Below, in pieces: positions 62,070 to 64,000 of a stretch of DNA of 64,000 bases. The stretch covers positions 91,760,001 through 91,824,000 of the forward strand of contig JBNRSN020000005.1 of the NCBI GenBank assembly GCA_051313645.2, in the 5' to 3' direction. The notes beneath the pieces are model-generated. The model did not search any database, was not told where the DNA came from, and saw only the letters and a list, made by a program, of their open reading frames with translations. Numbering within the stretch: position 1 is the first letter of the stretch; each line of letters opens with the position of its first letter. This DNA is from Centroscyllium fabricii (lineage: Eukaryota). A program made the translations under genes and the position numbers.

Positions 62070-62632
62070 CAGGTACACAATCCCTTATCCGCAGCTCCAA
62101 AAACCGAAAAGCTCCAAAAACCGAAGTTTTTCTTCAATTTATTTAAGAAAAAAAAAATTTAAGCTGCAGCAGAAAAATCACATTCCTACCCCGATCTCGT
62201 GCTGTTGATGCCGTGCTGAGGAAACAAACGGCCGGCCTCCCCCTGCAAACGGCCGGCCTCCCCCTGCAAACGGCCGGCCTCCCCCTGCAAACGGCCGGCC
62301 TCCCCCTGCAAACGGCCGGCCTCCCCCTGCAAACGGCCGGCCTCCCTCTGCAAACGGCCGGCCTCCCCCTCCAAACGGCCGGCCTCCCCCTCCAAACGGC
62401 CGGCCTCCCCCTCCAAACGGCCGGCCTCCCCCTCCAAACGGCCGGCCTCCCCCTCCAAACGGCCGATATGCCATTCCCCTACCACACGGCCGATATGCCA
62501 TTCCCCTACCACGAGCTGGGCCGCAAACACGGCAATGCGCATGCGCACTGGGGCCAACTCTAAAAACCGTATTTATCCGAAAACCGAAACCGGCCCGGTC
62601 CCGAGGTTTTCGGATAAAGGGTTGTGTACCTG
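62070..62632. mobile_element. Tigger/pogo-like MITE containing a minisatellite
   Basis: TA|CAGGTACACAATCCCTTATCCG ... CGGATAAAGGGTTGTGTACCTG|TA. Confidence 0.88.
62226..62511. repeat. GC-rich minisatellite: 11 x 21 bp, then 2 x 27 bp
   Basis: aaacggccggcctccccct(g/c)c x11, then acggccgatatgccattcccctaccac x2. Confidence 0.95.
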
Positions 62633-62750
62633 TACTATGGCTCAGTGTCACAATAAAGAGAAGAGACCGAGATATACAAATATACCTATCAGAACATTGC
62701 AATGATGAAACAATTATTACAGTTGTGCTCATCAGGTGCAAACTACTTAC

Positions 62751-62870
62751 CTGGAAATGTGGGTTTGACACACACTTGGCTATTTGCTTGAATAAAGGTT
62801 CTTGGAGCTTTTTGAATTGAGAAGGTTCTATCACGTCCAAAATTTCTTCTACTTCACCCAAATACATAAC
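62751..62870 (-). CDS. PPP2R5A: PPP2R5A coding exon
   Basis: ctcttag|GTT ATG...TTC CAG|gtaagt; [40 protein letters not shown], the conserved B56 core. Confidence 0.95.
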
Positions 62871-63910
62871 CTAAGAGCAAACATTTAAAGTTGCATTGAT
62901 CAGTCATTTAAAAAAATATATTTTGTCAAACAACTCAAAATGTTTATTCTCTTTCTATTGTGTAGAATAGGAAGTCAATTTTAACACTTAAACTTGTCTA
63001 AATCTATTTTTAAAAAGTGGTCTGGGACACAACAAAAGCCACGTCAAGCCCATCACCACCTTCTCAGGGCAACAATAAGCGTGGCTTTGCCAGCAATGCC
63101 CACATTCTGAGAACAAATAAAAAAAGCAAATCATAATCTTGTATCAATGAGTCAACCAGTTAAACATATTTATGAAAATTGTACATGCCACGAACAAATA
63201 AGGACCACAGGAAGGGCTATAAAAGCATCTAATTAAATCTTATCCCCCTCCTCTCCTGAAGGCAGCACCTCATGCTGCACATGGTTTCATGGCCAACAGT
63301 AGAACCTCTGGAACCTTCTCCAAGTGCCCAGTTTGCAAACATGAGTCTGGACAAAGAATATTCCAGGTTATCTGATTATGAAGAATCACATTTGAACCTG
63401 GTACTATCCTCACCCAGTAGCGAAGGTACATGCACACTTCCAGCACGGAAGTAACAGATTGTGATCAAGTGTGGGAATTGTGGATGGTTTCCCTCCCCCC
63501 CCCCGCATCCCCAACCTGGGGACATAAAGGCCAGTTGGAGCATCCACACTGCTGTGCCCACCCCTTGCCCCCCCGAGATTAACTCAGCACAGACAAGGCT
63601 CAAGCCTGGACCTTTCCTAGACTGTACAGTTCAACATCACACCACAGAATACATTTGTCCAATCAGTCATTTGAGGAGCTCTTAGAACTACTTTTCTTTA
63701 GTATGAAATGGTTGCTTTGTTTTCAATATGTAAAATATGAGCATAGGTCCCTTTCCCTTCATTTTATTGATAAAGCCCTGTTTGTACCCATAAGCACAAA
63801 ATCTGGTAAGTTTTGTGCAGGCCACAGAAAGGCAGCAACTCATTTTAAACAGTGATATATTCATGTGATCTAGAGGAAGTTAAGGTCGTAGGGGAAAGTG
63901 AACAACTTAC

Positions 63911-63961
63911 CTCTTTTTGACTGACAGTTTTGGGCCAAAATTTTAGTAATCCTCTAATGAC
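63911..63961 (-). CDS. PPP2R5A: PP2A regulatory subunit B56-alpha coding exon (upstream exons lie outside the window)
   Basis: Minus strand cctgtag|GTC ATT...AAA GAG|gtaagt; VIRGLLKFWPKTVSQKE. Confidence 0.92.
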
Positions 63962-64000
63962 CTACAGGAAACCATAAAATTATATTTACATTATGTATAA

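Noticed and set aside
62226-62465. Regular repeat array resembling CRISPR
   Set aside because: Head-to-tail units without unique spacers, no cas genes, eukaryotic context
62178-62867. 229-aa ORF with a B56 start and RPFGGGG repeats
   Set aside because: Read-through past the GT donor at 62750 into the intron and minisatellite

Overview
Eukaryotic (vertebrate) genomic DNA, most likely from a cartilaginous fish, judging by HE1/V-SINE-like and Deu-SINE-like SINEs, abundant CR1/L2 LINEs and Penelope-like elements. Two host genes lie tail-to-tail. The last five coding exons of the proton-activated chloride channel PACC1/TMEM206 are on the + strand (877-12567). The last five coding exons of the PP2A B56-alpha subunit PPP2R5A are on the - strand (63961-36829). 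All ten exons were traced by hand with GT-AG borders and consistent phases. Most of the rest is transposon-derived: stacked CR1 copies, a decayed full-length PIF/Harbinger element (15-bp TIRs, CAT TSD), and a full-length CR1 (48281-61948) hosting a Penelope fragment, two more CR1s, a SINE and a young GC-rich Gypsy LTR element (247-bp LTRs, ATAT TSD, tRNA-Trp PBS). The most unusual signals are (i) minimal hammerhead-ribozyme motifs of the Penelope type, two with intact cores; (ii) TIR-bounded non-autonomous elements that share ends but carry unrelated cargo, hairpins and GCGCATGCGC motifs; and (iii) templated-repair scars inside LINE copies. All family names come from motif recognition, not database searches.
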